64,000 bases of DNA from Eledone cirrhosa (lineage: Eukaryota). This document shows positions 24,801 through 38,500 of this stretch, one piece after another. How positions within the stretch are numbered: position 1 is the first letter of the stretch; each line of letters starts with the position of its first letter. The stretch spans positions 1,426,001-1,490,000 of the forward strand of contig CAXHJY010000096.1 in NCBI GenBank assembly GCA_964016885.1, written 5' to 3'. The position numbers and the translations under genes are program-made. The notes under the pieces were generated by a model, which made no database searches, was not told where the DNA came from, and saw nothing but the letters and a program-made list of their open reading frames with translations.

Positions 24801-27800
24801 GATAATTTGTAAAAAAAATCAGGGGGAGATAATTTGTAAAAAAAATCAGGGGGAGATAATTTGTAAAAAAAAATCAGGGGGAGATAATTTGTAAAAAAAA
24901 TCAAGGGGAGATAATTTCCAGCCGTCCAAGGGAAGATAATTTCCAGCCCTCCAAGGGGCTATAATTTCCAGCGTCCAAGGGGAGATAATTTCCAGCCAGC
25001 GAAGGGGAGATAATTTTTTTTAAAAAATCATTGGGAGATTTGTAAAAAAAATCAGGGGGAGATAATTTGTAAAAAAAATCAAGGGGAGATAATTTCCAGC
25101 CGTCCAAGGGGAGGTAATATCTAGCCGTCCAAGGGGAGATAATTTCCAGCCGTCCAAGGGGAGATAATTTCCAGCCGTCCAAGGGTAGATAATATCCAGC
25201 CGTCCAAGGACATATTTTCCAGCCGTCCAAGGAGAGGTAATTTCTAGCCGTCCAAGGGGAGATAAATTCCAGCCTCCAAGGTGAGATAATTTCCAGCCAG
25301 CCAAGGGGAGATAATTTGTAAAAAAATCAGGGGGAGATAATTTGTAAAAAAAATCAGGGGGAGATAATTTGTAAAAAAAAATCAGGGGGAGATAATTTGT
25401 AAAAAAAATCAGGGGGAGATAATTTGTAAAAAAAAATCAGGGGGAGATAATTTGTAAAAAAAATCAAGGGGAGATAATTTCCAGCCGTCCAAGGGGAGAT
25501 AATTTCCCGCCAGCCAAGGGAAGATAATATTTAAAAAAATCAGGCGGAGATAATTTGTAAAAAAAATCAGGGGGAGATAATTTGTAAAAAAATCAGGGGG
25601 AGATAATTTGTAAAAAAAAAATCAGGGGGAGATAATTTGTAAAAAAAATCAGGGGGAGATAATTTGTAAAAAAAAATCAGGGGTAGATAAATTGTAAAAA
25701 AAAATCAGGGGGAGATAATTTGTAAAAAAAATCAGGGGGAGATAATTTGTAAAAAAAATGAAAGGGGAGATAATATCCAGCCGTCCAAGGGGAGATAATT
25801 TCCAGCCGTCCAAGGGGAGATAATTTCCAGCCGTCCAAGGGGAGATAATTTCCATCCTTCCAAGGGGATATAATTTCCAGCCGTCCAAGGGGAGATAATT
25901 TCCCGCCAGCCAAGGGAAGATAATTTTTAAAAAAATCAGGCGGAGATTGTAAAAAAAATCAGGGGGGAGATAATTTGTAAAAAAATCAGGGGGAGATAAT
26001 TTGTAAAAAATAATCAGGGGGAGATAATTTGTAAAAAAAAATCAAGGGGAGATAATTTCCAGCCGTCCAAGGGGAGATAATTTCCCGCCAGCCAAGGGAA
26101 GATAATATTTAAAAAAATTAGGCGGAGATAATTTGTAAAAAAAATCAGGGGGAGATAATTTGTAAAAAAATCAGGGGGAGATAATTTGTAAAAAAAATCA
26201 GGGGGAGATAATTTGTAAAAAAAATCATGGGGAGATAATTTGTAAAAAAAAATCAGGGGTAGATAATTTGTAAAAAAAAATCAGGGGGAGATAATTTGTA
26301 AAAAAAAATCAGGGGGAGATAATTTGTAAAAAAAATCAAGGGGAGATAATTTCCAGCCGTCCAAGGGGAGATAATTTTCAGCTGTCCAAGGAGAGGTAAT
26401 TTCTAGCCGTCCAAGGGGAGATAATTTCCAGCCGTCCAAGGGGAGGTAATTTCCAGCCGTCCAAGGGGAGATAATTTAAAAAAAAAAATCAGGCGGAGAT
26501 AATTTGTAAAAAAAATCAAGGGGAGATAATTTGCAGCCGTCCAAGGGGAGATAATTTTCAGTCGTCCAAGGAGAGGTAATTTCTAGCCGTCCAAGGGGAG
26601 ATAATTGCCAGCCGTCCAAGGGGAGATAATTTCCAGCCGTCCAAGGGGAGATAATTTTTTTTAAAAAATCAGGCGGAGATAAGTTGTAAAAAAAATCAGG
26701 GGGAGATAATTTGTAAAAAAAATCAGGGGGAGATAATTTGTAAAAAAAAATCAGGGGTAGATAATTTGTAAAAAAAAATCAGGGGGAGATAATTTGTAAA
26801 AAAAATCAAGGGGAGATAATTTCCAGCCGTCCAAGGGAAGATAATTTCCAGCCCCACAAGGGGCTATAATTTCCAGCGTCCAAGGGGAGATAATTTCCAG
26901 CCAGCGAAGGGGAGATAATTTTTAAAAAAAAATCATTGGGAGATTTGTAAAAAAAATCAGGGGGAGATAATTTGTAAAAAAAATCAAGGGGAGATAATTT
27001 CCAGCCGTCCAAGGGGAGGTAATATCTAGCCGTCCAAGGGTAGATAATTTCCAGCCGTCCAACGGGAGATAATTTCCAGCCGTCCAAGGGTAGATAATAT
27101 CCAGCCGCCCAAGGACATATTTTCCAGCCGTCCAAGGAGAGGTAATTTCTAGCCGTCCAAGGGGAGATAATTTCCAGCCGTCCAAGGGTAGATAATATCC
27201 AGCCGTCCAAGGACATATTTTCCAGCCGTCCAAGGAGAGGTAATTTCTAGCCGTCCAAGGGGAGATAAATTCCAGCCTCCAAGGGGAGATAATTTCCAGC
27301 CAGCCAAGGGGAGATAATTTGTAAAAAAATCAGGGGGAGATAATTTGTAAAAAAAATCAGGGGGAGATAATTTGTAAAAAAAAATCAGGGGGAGATAATT
27401 TGTAAAAAAAAATCAGGGGGAGATAATTTGCAAAAAAAATCAGGGGGAGATAATTTGTAAAAAAAAATCAGGGGTAGATAATTTGTAAAAAAAAATCAGG
27501 GGGAGATAATTTGTAAAAAAAAATCAGGGGGAGATAATTTGTAAAAAAAATCAAGGGGAGATAATTTCCAGCCGTCCAAGGAGAGATAATTTAAAAAAAA
27601 ATCAGGCGGAGATAATTTGTAAAAAAAAATCAGGGGGAGATAATTTGTAAAAAAAAATCAGGGGGAGATAATTTGTAAAAAAAAATCAGGGGGAGATAAT
27701 TTGTAAAAAAAATCAGGAGGAGATAATTTGTAAAAAAAATCAAGGGGAGATAATTTCCAGCCGTCCAAGGAGAGATAATTTAAAAAAAAATCAGGCGGAG

Positions 27801-30800
27801 ATAATTTGTAAAAAAAAATCAGGGGGAGATAATTTGTAAAAAAAAATCAGGGGGAGATAATTTGTAAAAAAAATCAAGGGGAGATAATTTCCAGCCGTCC
27901 AAGGGGAGATAATTTTCAGCCGTCCAAGGGGAGATAATTTCCCGCCAGCCAAGGGAAGATAATATTCAAAAAAATCAGACGGAGATAATTTGTAAAAAAA
28001 ATCAGGGGGAGATAATTTGTAAAAAAATCAGGGGGAGATAATTTGTAAAAAAAAAAATCAGGGGGAGATAATTTTTAAAAAAAATCAGGGGGAGATAATT
28101 TGTAAAAAAAAATCAGGGGTAGATAATTTGTAAAAAAAAATCAGGGGGAGATAATTTGTAAAAAAAAATCAGGGGGAGATAACTTGTAAAAAAAATGAAA
28201 GGGGAGATAATATCCAGCCGTCCAAGGGGAGATAATTTCCAGCCGTCCAAGGGGAGATAATTTCCAGCCGTCCAAGGGGAGATAATTTCCATCCTTCCAA
28301 GGGGATATAATTTCCAGCCGTCCAAGGGGAGATAATTTCCATCCTTCCAAGGGGATATAATTTCCAGCCGTCCAAGGGGAGATAATTTTCAGCCGTCCAA
28401 GGAGAGGTAATTTCTAGCCGTCCAAGGAGAGATAATTTCCAGCCGTCCAAGGGGAGATAATTTCCAGCCGTCCAAGGGGAGATAATTTCCAGCCGTCCAA
28501 GGAGACATATTTTCCAGCCGTCCAAGGAGAGGTAATTCCTAGCCGTCCAAGGGGAGATAAATTCCAGCCTCCAAGGGGAGATAATTTCCAGCCAGCCAAG
28601 GGGAGATAATTTGTAAAAAAAATCAGGGGGAGATAATTTGTAAAAAAAATCAGGGGGAGATAATTTGTAAAAAAAAATCAGGGGTAGATAATTTGTAAAA
28701 AATAATCAGGGGGAGATAATTTGTAAAAAAAATCAAGGGGAGATAATTTCCAGCCGTCCAAGGGGAGATAATTTTCAGCCGTCCAAGGGGAGATAATTTC
28801 CCGCCAGCCAAGGGAAGATAATATTTAAAAAAATTAGGCGGAGATAATTTGTAAAAAAAATCAGGCGGAGATAATTTGTAAAAAAATCAGGGGGAGATAA
28901 TTTGTAAAAAAAATCAGGGGGAGATAATTTGTAAAAAAAATCAGGGGGAGATAATTTGTAAAAAAAAATCAGGGGGAGATAATTTGTAAAAAAAATCAAG
29001 GGGAGATAATTTCCAGCCGTCCAAGGGAAGATAATTTCCAGCCCTCCAAGGGGCTATAATTTCCAGCGTCCAAGGGGAGATAATTTCCAGCCAGCGAAGG
29101 GGAGATAATTTTTTTTAAAAAATCATTGGGAGATTTGTAAAAAAAATCAGGGGGAGATAATTTGTAAAAAAAATCAAGGGGAGATAATTTCCAGCCGTCC
29201 AAGGGGAGGTAATATCTAGCCGTCCAAGGGGAGATAATTTCCAGCCGTCCAAGGGGAGATAATTTCCAGCCGTCCAAGGGTAGATAATATCCAGCCGTCC
29301 AAGGACATATTTTCCAGCCGTCCAAGGAGAGGTAATTTCTAGCCGTCCAAGGGGAGATAAATTCCAGCCTCCAAGGTGAGATAATTTCCAGCCAGCCAAG
29401 GGGAGATAATTTGTAAAAAAATCAGGGGGAGATAATTTGTAAAAAAAATCAGGGGGAGATAATTTGTAAAAAAAAATCAGGGGGAGATAATTTGTAAAAA
29501 AAATCAAGGGGAGATAATTTCCAGCCGTCCAAGGGGAGATAATTTCCCGCCAGCCAAGGGAAGATAATATTTAAAAAAATCAGGCGGAGATAATTTGTAA
29601 AAAAAATCAGGGGGAGATAATTTGTAAAAAAATCAGGGGGAGATAATTTGTAAAAAAAAATCAGGGGGAGATAATTTGTAAAAAAAATCAGGGGGAGATA
29701 ATTTGTAAAAAAAAATCAGGGGTAGATAAATTGTAAAAAAAAATCAGGGGGAGATAATTTGTAAAAAAAATCAGGGGGAGATAATTTGTAAAAAAAATGA
29801 AAGGGGAGATAATATCCAGCCGTCCAAGGGGAGATAATTTCCAGCCGTCCAAGGGGAGATAATTTCCAGCCGTCCAAGGGGAGATAATTTCCATCCTTCC
29901 AAGGGGATATAATTTCCAGCCGTCCAAGGGGAGATAATTTCCCGCCAGCCAAGGGAAGATAATTTTTAAAAAAATCAGGCGGAGATTGTAAAAAAAATCA
30001 GGGGGGAGATAATTTGTAAAAAAATCAGGGGGAGATAATTTGTAAAAAAAAATCAGGGGGAGATAATTTGTAAAAAATAATCAGGGGGAGATAATTTGTA
30101 AAAAGAAATCAAGGGGAGATAATTTCCAGCCGTCCAAGGGGAGGTAATATCTAGCCGTCCAAGGGGAGATAATTTCCAGCCGTCCAACGGGAGATAATTT
30201 CCAGCCGTCCATGGGTAGATAATATCCAGCCGCCCAAGGACATATTTTCCAGCCGTCCAAGGAGAGGTAATTTCTAGCCGTCCAAAGGGAGATAATTACA
30301 GCCGTCCAAGGGTAGATAATATCCAGCCGTCCAAGGACATATTTTCCAGCCGTCCAAGGAGAGGTAATTTCTAGCCGTCCAAGGGGAGATAAATTCCAGC
30401 CTCCAAGGGGAGATAATTTCCAGCCAGCCAAGGGGAGATAATTTGTAAAAAAATCAGGGGGAGATAATTTGTAAAAAAAATCAGGGGGAGATAATTTGTA
30501 AAAAAAAATCAGGGGGAGATAATTTGTAAAAAAAATCAGGGGGAGATAATTTGCAAAAAAAATCAGGGGGAGATAATTTGTAAAAAAAAAATCAGGGGTA
30601 GATAATTTGTAAAAAAAATCAGGGGGAGATAATTTGTAAAAAAAAATCAGGGGGAGATAATTTGTAAAAAAAATCAAGGGGAGATAATTTCCAGCCGTCC
30701 AAGGGAAGATAATTTCCAGCCCTCCAAGGGGCTATAATTTCCAGCGTCCAAGGGGAGATAATTTCCAGCCAGCGAAGGGGAGATAATTTTTTTTAAAAAA

Positions 30801-32500
30801 TCATTGGGAGATTTGTAAAAAAAATCAGGGGGAGATAATTTGTAAAAAAAATCAAGGGGAGATAATTTCCAGCCGTCCAAGGGGAGGTAATATCTAGCCG
30901 TCCAAGGGGAGATAATTTCCAGCCGTCCAACGGGAGATAATTTCCAGCCGTCCATGGGTAGATAATATCCAGCCGCCCAAGGACATATTTTCCAGCCGTC
31001 CAAGGAGAGGTAATTTCTAGCCGTCCAAGGGGAGATAATTTCCAGCCGTCCAAGGGTAGATAATATCCAGCCGTCCAAGGACATATTTTCCAGCCGTCCA
31101 AGGAGAGGTAATTTCTAGCCGTCCAAGGGGAGATAAATTCCAGTCTCCAAGGGGAGATAATTTCCAGCCAGCCAAGGGGAGATAATTTGTAAAAAAATCA
31201 GGGGGAGATAATTTGTAAAAAAAATCAGGGGGAGATAATTTGTAAAAAAAAATCAGGGGGAGATAATTTGTAAAAAAAAATCAGGGGGAGAAAATTTGCA
31301 AAAAAAATCAGGGGGAGATAATTTGTAAAAAAAAATCAGGGGTAGATAATTTGTAAAAAAAAATCAGGGGGAGATAATTTGTAAAAAAAAATCAGGGGGA
31401 GATAATTTGTAAAAAAAATCAAGGGGAGATAATTTCCAGCCGTCCAAGGAGAGATAATTTTAAAAAAAATCAGGCGGAGATAATTTGTAAAAAAAAATCA
31501 GGGGGAGATAATTTGTAAAAAAAATCAGGGGGAGATAATTTGTAAAAAAAAATCAGGGGTAGATAATTTGTAAAAAAAAATCAGGGGGAGATAATTTGTA
31601 AAAAAAAATCAGGGGGAGATAATTTGTAAAAAAAATCAAGGGGAGATAATTTCCAGCCGTCCAAGGAGAGATAATTTAAAAAAAAATCAGGGGGAGATAA
31701 TTTGTAAAAAAAATCAAGGGGAGATAATTTCCAGCCGTCCAAGGGGAGATAATTTTGAGCCGTCCAAGGGGAGATAATTTCCCGCCAGCCAAGGGAAGAT
31801 AATATTCAAAAAAATCAGGCGGAGATAATTTGTAAAAAAAATCAGGGGGAGATAATTTGTAAAAAAATCAGGGGGAGATAATTTGTAAAAAAAAAATCAG
31901 GGGGAGATAATTTGTAAAAAAAATCAGGGCGAGATAATTTGTAAAAAAAAATCAGGGGTAGATAATTTGTAAAAAAAAATCAGGGGGAGATAATTTGTAA
32001 AAAAAAATCAGGGGGAGATAATTTGTAAAAAAAATGAAAGGGGAGATAATATCCAGCCGTCCAAGGGGAGATAATTTCCAGCCGTCCAAGGGGAGATAAT
32101 TTCCAGCCGTCCAAGGGGAGATAATTTCCATCCTTCCAAGGGGATATAATTTCCAGCCGTCCAAGGGGAGATAATTTCCATCCTTCCAAGGGGATATAAT
32201 TTCCAGCCGTCCAAGGGGAGATAATTTTCAGCCGTCCAAGGAGAGGTAATTTCTAGCCGTCCAAGGAGAGATAATTTCCAGCCGTCCAAGGGGAGATAAT
32301 TTCCAGCCGTCCAAGGGGAGATAATTTCCAGCCGTCCAAGGAGACATATTTTCCAGCCGTCCAAGGAGAGGTAATTCCTAGCCGTCCAAGGGGAGATAAA
32401 TTCCAGCCTCCAAGGGGAGATAATTTCCAGCCAGCCAAGGGGAGATAATTTGTAAAAAAAATCAGGGGGAGATAATTTGTAAAAAAAATCAGGGGGAGAT
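15830..32500 (+). repeat. Higher-order repeat, period about 7.9 kb (7,857-7,934), made of alternating sub-blocks of about 4.07-4.10 kb and 3.82 kb
   Basis: Offsets 16134/24018, 17017/24901, 17765/25649 and 19332/27216 are all 7884. Others: 20200/28113 (7913), 22817/30674 (7857), 24018/31952 (7934). Sub-periods: 16134/20200 (4066) and 20200/24018 (3818). Confidence 0.85.
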
Positions 32501-35500
32501 AATTTGTAAAGAAATCAGGGGGAGATAATTTGTAAAAAAAATCAGGGGGAGATAATTTGTAAAAAAAATCAGGGGGAGATAATTTGTAAAAAAAAATCAG
32601 GGGGAGATAATTTGTAAAAAAAATCAAGGGGAGATAATTTCCAGCCGTCCAAGGGAAGATAATTTCCAGCCCTCCAAGGGGCTATAATTTCCAGCGTCCA
32701 AGGGGAGATAATTTCCAGCCAGCGAAGGGGAGATAATTTTTTTAAAAAAATCATTGGGAGATTTGTAAAAAAATCAGGGGGAGATAATTTGTAAAAAAAA
32801 TCAAGGGGAGATAATTTCCAGCCGTCCAAGGGGAGGTAATATCTAGCCGTCCAAGGGGTGATAATTTCCAGCCGTCCAAGGGGAGATAATTTCCAGCCGT
32901 CCAAGGGTAGATAATATCCAGCCGTCCAAGGACATATTTTCCAGCCGTCCAAGGAGAGGTAATTTCTAGCCGTCCAAGGGGAGATAAATTCCAGCCTCCA
33001 AGGTGAGATAATTTCCAGCCAGCCAAGGGGAGATAATTTGTAAAAAAATCAGGGGGAGATAATTTGTAAAAAAAATCAGGGGGAGATAATTTGTAAAAAA
33101 AAATCAGGGGGAGATAATTTGTAAAAAAAATCAAGGGGAGATAATTTCCAGCCGTCCAAGGGGAGATAATTTTCAGCCGTCCAAGGGGAGATAATTTCCC
33201 GCCAGCCAAGGGAAGATAATATTTAAAAAAATCAGGCGGAGATAATTTGTAAAAAAAATCAGGGGGAGATAATTTGTAAAAAAATCAGGGGGAGATAATT
33301 TGTAAAAAAAAAATCAGGGGGAGATAATTTGTAAAAAAAATCAGGGGGAGATAATTTGTAAAAAAAAATCAGGGGTAGATGAATTGTAAAAAAAAATCAG
33401 GGGGAGATAATTTGTAAAAAAAATCAGGGGGAGATAATTTGTAAAAAAAATGAAAGGGGAGATAATATCCAGCCGTCCAAGGGGAGATAATTTCCAGCCG
33501 TCCAAGGGGAGATAATTTCCAGCCGTCCAAGGGGAGATAATTTCCATCCTTCCAAGGGGATATAATTTCCAGCCGTCCAAGGGGAGATAATTTCCCGCCA
33601 GCCAAGGGAAGATAATATTTAAAAAAATTAGGCGGAGATAATTTGTAAAAAAAATCAGGGGGAGATAATTTGTAAAAAATCAGGGGGAGATAATTTGTAA
33701 AAAAAATCAGGGGGAGATAATTTGTAAAAAAAATCATGGGGAGATAATTTGTAAAAAAAAATCAGGGGTAGATAATTTGTAAAAAAAAATCAGGGGGAGA
33801 TAATTTGTAAAAAAAAATCAGGGGGAGATAATTTGTAAAAAAAAATCAAGGGGAGATAATTTCCAGCCGTCCAAGGGGAGATAATTTTCAGCCGTCCAAG
33901 GAGAGGTAATTTCTAGCCGTCCAAGGGGAGATAATTTCCAGCCGTCCAAGGGGAGGTAATTTCCAGCCGTCCAAGGGGAGATAATTTAAAAAAAAAAATC
34001 AGGCGGAGATAATTTGTAAAAAAAATCAAGGGGAGATAATTTGCAGCCGTCCAAGGGGAGATAATTTTCAGTCGTCCAAGGAGAGGTAATTTCTAGCCGT
34101 CCAAGGGGAGATAATTGCCAGCCGTCCAAGGGGAGATAATTTCCAGCCGTCCAAGGGGAGATAATTTTTTTTTAAAAATCAGGCGGAGATAATTTGTAAA
34201 AAAAATCAGGGGGAGATAATTTGTAAACAAAATCAGGGGGAGATAATTTGTAAAAAAAAATCAGGGGTAGATAATTTGTAAAAAAAAATCAGGGGGAGAT
34301 AATTTGTAAAAAAAAATCAGGGGGAGATAATTTGTAAAAAAAATCAAGGGGAGATAATTTCCAGCCGTCCAAGGGGAGATAATTTTCAGCCGTCCAAGGA
34401 GAGGTAATTTCTAGCCGTCCAAGGGGAGATAATTTCCAGCCGTCCAAGGGGAGGTAATTTCCAGCCGTCCAAGGGGAGATAATTTAAAAAAAAAAATCAG
34501 GCGGAGATAATTTGTAAAAAAAATCAAGGGGAGATAATTTGCAGCCGTCCAAGGGGAGATAATTTTCAGTCGTCCAAGGAGAGGTAATTTCTAGCCGTCC
34601 AAGGGGAGATAATTGCCAGCCGTCCAAGGGGAGATAATTTCCAGCCGTCCAAGGGGAGATAATTTTTTTTAAAAAATCAGGCGGAGATAATTTGTAAAAA
34701 AAATCAGGGGGAGATAATTTGTAAACAAAATCAGGGGGAGATAATTTGTAAAAAAAAATCAGGGGGAGATAATTTGTAAAAAAAATCATGGAGAGATAAT
34801 TTCCAGCCGTCCAAGGGGGGATAATTTCCAGCCTTCCAAGGAGACATATTTTCCAGCCGTCCAAGGCGAGGTAATTTCTAGCCGTCCAAGGGGAGATAAA
34901 TTCCAGCCTCCAAGGGGAGATAATTTCCAGCCAGCCAAGTGGAGATAATTTGTAAAAAAATCAGGGGGAGATAATTTGTAAAAAATATCAGGGAGATAAT
35001 TTGTAAAAAAAAATCAGGGGGAGATAATTTGTAAAAAAAATCAGGGGGAGATAATTTGTAAAAAAAAATCAGGGGGAGATAATTTGTAAAAAAAATCAAG
35101 GGGAGATAATTTCCAGCCGTCCAAGGGGAGATAATTTTCAGCCGTCCAAGGGGAGATAATTTCCCGCCAGCCAAGGGAAGATAATATTTAAAAAAATCAG
35201 GCGGAGATAATTTGTAAAAAAAATCAGGGGGAGATAATTTGTAAAAAAATCAGGGGGAGATAATTTGTAAAAAAAAAATCAGGGGGAGATAATTTGTAAA
35301 AAAAATCAGGGGGAGATAATTTGTAAAAAAAAATCAGGGGTAGATAATTTGTAAACAAATATCAGGGGGAGATAATTTGTAAAAAAAAATCAGGGGGAGA
35401 TAATTTGTAAAAAAAATGAAAGGGGAGATAATATCCAGCCGTCCAAGGGGAGATAATTTCCAGCCGTCCAAGGGGATATAATTTCCAGCCGTCCAAGGGG

Positions 35501-38500
35501 AGATAATTTCCATCCTTCCAAGGGGATATAATTTCCAGCCGTCCAAGGGGAGATAATTTCCCGCCAGCCAAGGGAAGATAATTTTTAAAAAAATCAGGCG
35601 GAGATTGTAAAAAAAATCAGGGGGGAGATAATTTGTAAAAAAATCAGGGGGAGATAATTTGTAAAAAATAATCAGGGGGAGATAATTTGTAAAAAAATTC
35701 AAGGGGAGATAATTTCCAGCCGTCCAAGGGGAGATAATTTCCCGCCAGCCAAGGGAAGATAATATTTAAAAAAATCAGGCGGAGATTGTAAAAAAAATCA
35801 GGGGGGAGATAATTTGTAAAAAAATCAGGGGGAGATAATTTGTAAAAAAAATCAGGGGGAGATAATTTGTAAAAAAATCAGGGGGAGATAAATTGTAAAA
35901 AAAATCAGGGGGAGATAATTTGTAAAAAAAATCATGGGGAGATAATTTGTAAAAAGAAATCAGGGGTAGATAATTTGTAAAAAAAAATCAGGGGGAGATA
36001 ATTTGTAAAAAAAAATCAGGGGGAGATAATTTGTAAAAAAAATCAAGGGGAGATAATATCCAGCCGTCCAAGGAGAGATAATTTTAAAAAAAAATGAGGC
36101 GGAGATAATTTGTAAAAAAAAAATCAGGGGGAGTTAATTTGTAAAAAAAAATGAGGGGGAGATAATTTGTAAAAAAAATCAAGGGGAGATAATTTCCAGC
36201 CGTCCAAGGGGAGATAATTTTCAGCCGTCCAAGGAGAGGTAATTTCTAGCCGTCCAAGGGGAGATAATTTCCAGCCGTCCAAGGGGAGGTAATTTCCAGC
36301 CGTCCAAGGGGAGATAATTTTTAAAAAAAAATCAGGCGGAGATAATTTGTAAAAAAAATCAAGGGGAGATAATTTGCAGCCGTCCAAGGGGAGATAATTT
36401 TCAGTCGTCCAAGGAGAGGTAATTTCTAGCCGTCCAAGGGGAGATAATTTCCAGCCGTCCAAGGGGAGATAATTTCCAGCCGTCCAAGGGGAGATAATTT
36501 TTTTTAAAAAATCAGGCGGAGATAATTTGTAAAAAAAATCAGGGGGAGATAATTTGTAAACAAAATCAGGGGGAGATAATTTGTAAAAAAAAATCAGGGG
36601 GAGATAATTTGTAAAAAAAATTAGGCGTAGATAATTTGTAAAAAAAAATCAGGGGGAGATAATTTGTAAAAAAAAATCAGGGGGAGATAATTTGTTTAAA
36701 AAATCAAGGGGAGATAATTTGCAGCCGTCCAAGGGGAGATAATTTTCAGCCGTCCAAGGAGAGGTAATTTCTAGCCGTTCAAGGGGAGATAATTTCCAGC
36801 CGTCCAAGGGGAGATAATTTCCAGCCGTCCAAGGGGAGATAATTTTTTTTTAAAAATCAGGCGGAGATAATTTGTAAAAAAAAATCAGGGGAGATAATTC
36901 GTAAAAAAAAATCAGGGGGAGATAATTTGTAAAAAAAAATCAGGGGGAGATAATTTGTAAAAAAAATCAAGGGGAGATAATTTCCAGCCGTCCAAGGGGA
37001 GGTAATATCTAGCCGTCCAAGGGGAGATAATTTCCAGCCGTCCAAGGGGAGATAATTTCCAGCCGTCCAAGGGGAGATAATTTCCAGCCGTCCAAGGAGA
37101 CATATTTTCCAGCCGTCCAAGGCGAGGTAATTTCTAGCCGTCCAAGGGGAGATAAATTCCAGCCTCCAAGGGGAGATAATTTCCAGCCAGCCAAGGGGAG
37201 ATAATTTGTAAAAAAATCAGGGGGAGATAATTTGTAAAAAATATCAGGGAGATAATTTGTAAAAAAAAATCAGGGGGAGATAATTTGTAAAAAAAATCAG
37301 GGGGAGATAATTTGTAAAAAAAAATCAGGGGGAGATAATTTGCAAAAAAAATCAGGGGGAGATAATTTGTAAAAAAAAATCAGGGGTAGATAATTTGTAA
37401 AAAAAAATCAGGGGGAGATAATTTGTAAAAAAAAATCAGGGGGAGATAATTTGTAAAAAAAATCAAGGGGAGATAATTTCCAGCCGTCCAAGGAGAGATA
37501 ATTTAAAAAAAAATCAGGCGGAGATAATTTGTAAAAAAAAATCAGGGGGAGATAATTTGTAAAAAAAAATCAGGGGGAGATAATTTGTAAAAAAAAATCA
37601 GGGGGAGATAATTTGTAAAAAAAATCAGGAGGAGATAATTTGTAAAAAAAATCAAGGGGAGATAATTTCCAGCCGTCCAAGGAGAGATAATTTAAAAAAA
37701 AATCAGGCGGAGATAATTTGTAAAAAAAAATCAGGGGGAGATAATTTGTAAAAAAAAATCAGGGGGAGATAATTTGTAAAAAAAATCAAGGGGAGATAAT
37801 TTCCAGCCGTCCAAGGGGAGATAATTTTCAGCCGTCCAAGGGGAGATAATTTCCCGCCAGCCAAGGGAAGATAATATTCAAAAAAATCAGACGGAGATAA
37901 TTTGTAAAAAAAATCAGGGGGAGATAATTTGTAAAAATATCAGGGGGAGATAATTTGTAAAAAAAAAAATCAGGGGGAGATAATTTTTAAAAAAAATCAG
38001 GGGGAGATAATTTGTAAAAAAAAATCAGGGGTAGATAATTTGTAAAAAAAAATCAGGGGGAGATAATTTGTAAAAAAAAATCAGGGGGAGATAACTTGTA
38101 AAAAAAATGAAAGGGGAGATAATATCCAGCCGTCCAAGGGGAGATAATTTCCAGCCGTCCAAGGGGAGATAATTTCCAGCCGTCCAAGGGGAGATAATTT
38201 CCATCCTTCCAAGGGGATATAATTTCCAGCCGTCCAAGGGGAGATAATTTCCATCCTTCCAAGGGGATATAATTTCCAGCCGTCCAAGGGGAGATAATTT
38301 TCAGCCGTCCAAGGAGAGGTAATTTCTAGCCGTCCAAGGAGAGATAATTTCCAGCCGTCCAAGGGGAGATAATTTCCAGCCGTCCAAGGGGAGATAATTT
38401 CCAGCCGTCCAAGGAGACATATTTTCCAGCCGTCCAAGGAGAGGTAATTCCTAGCCGTCCAAGGGGAGATAAATTCCAGCCTCCAAGGGGAGATAATTTC

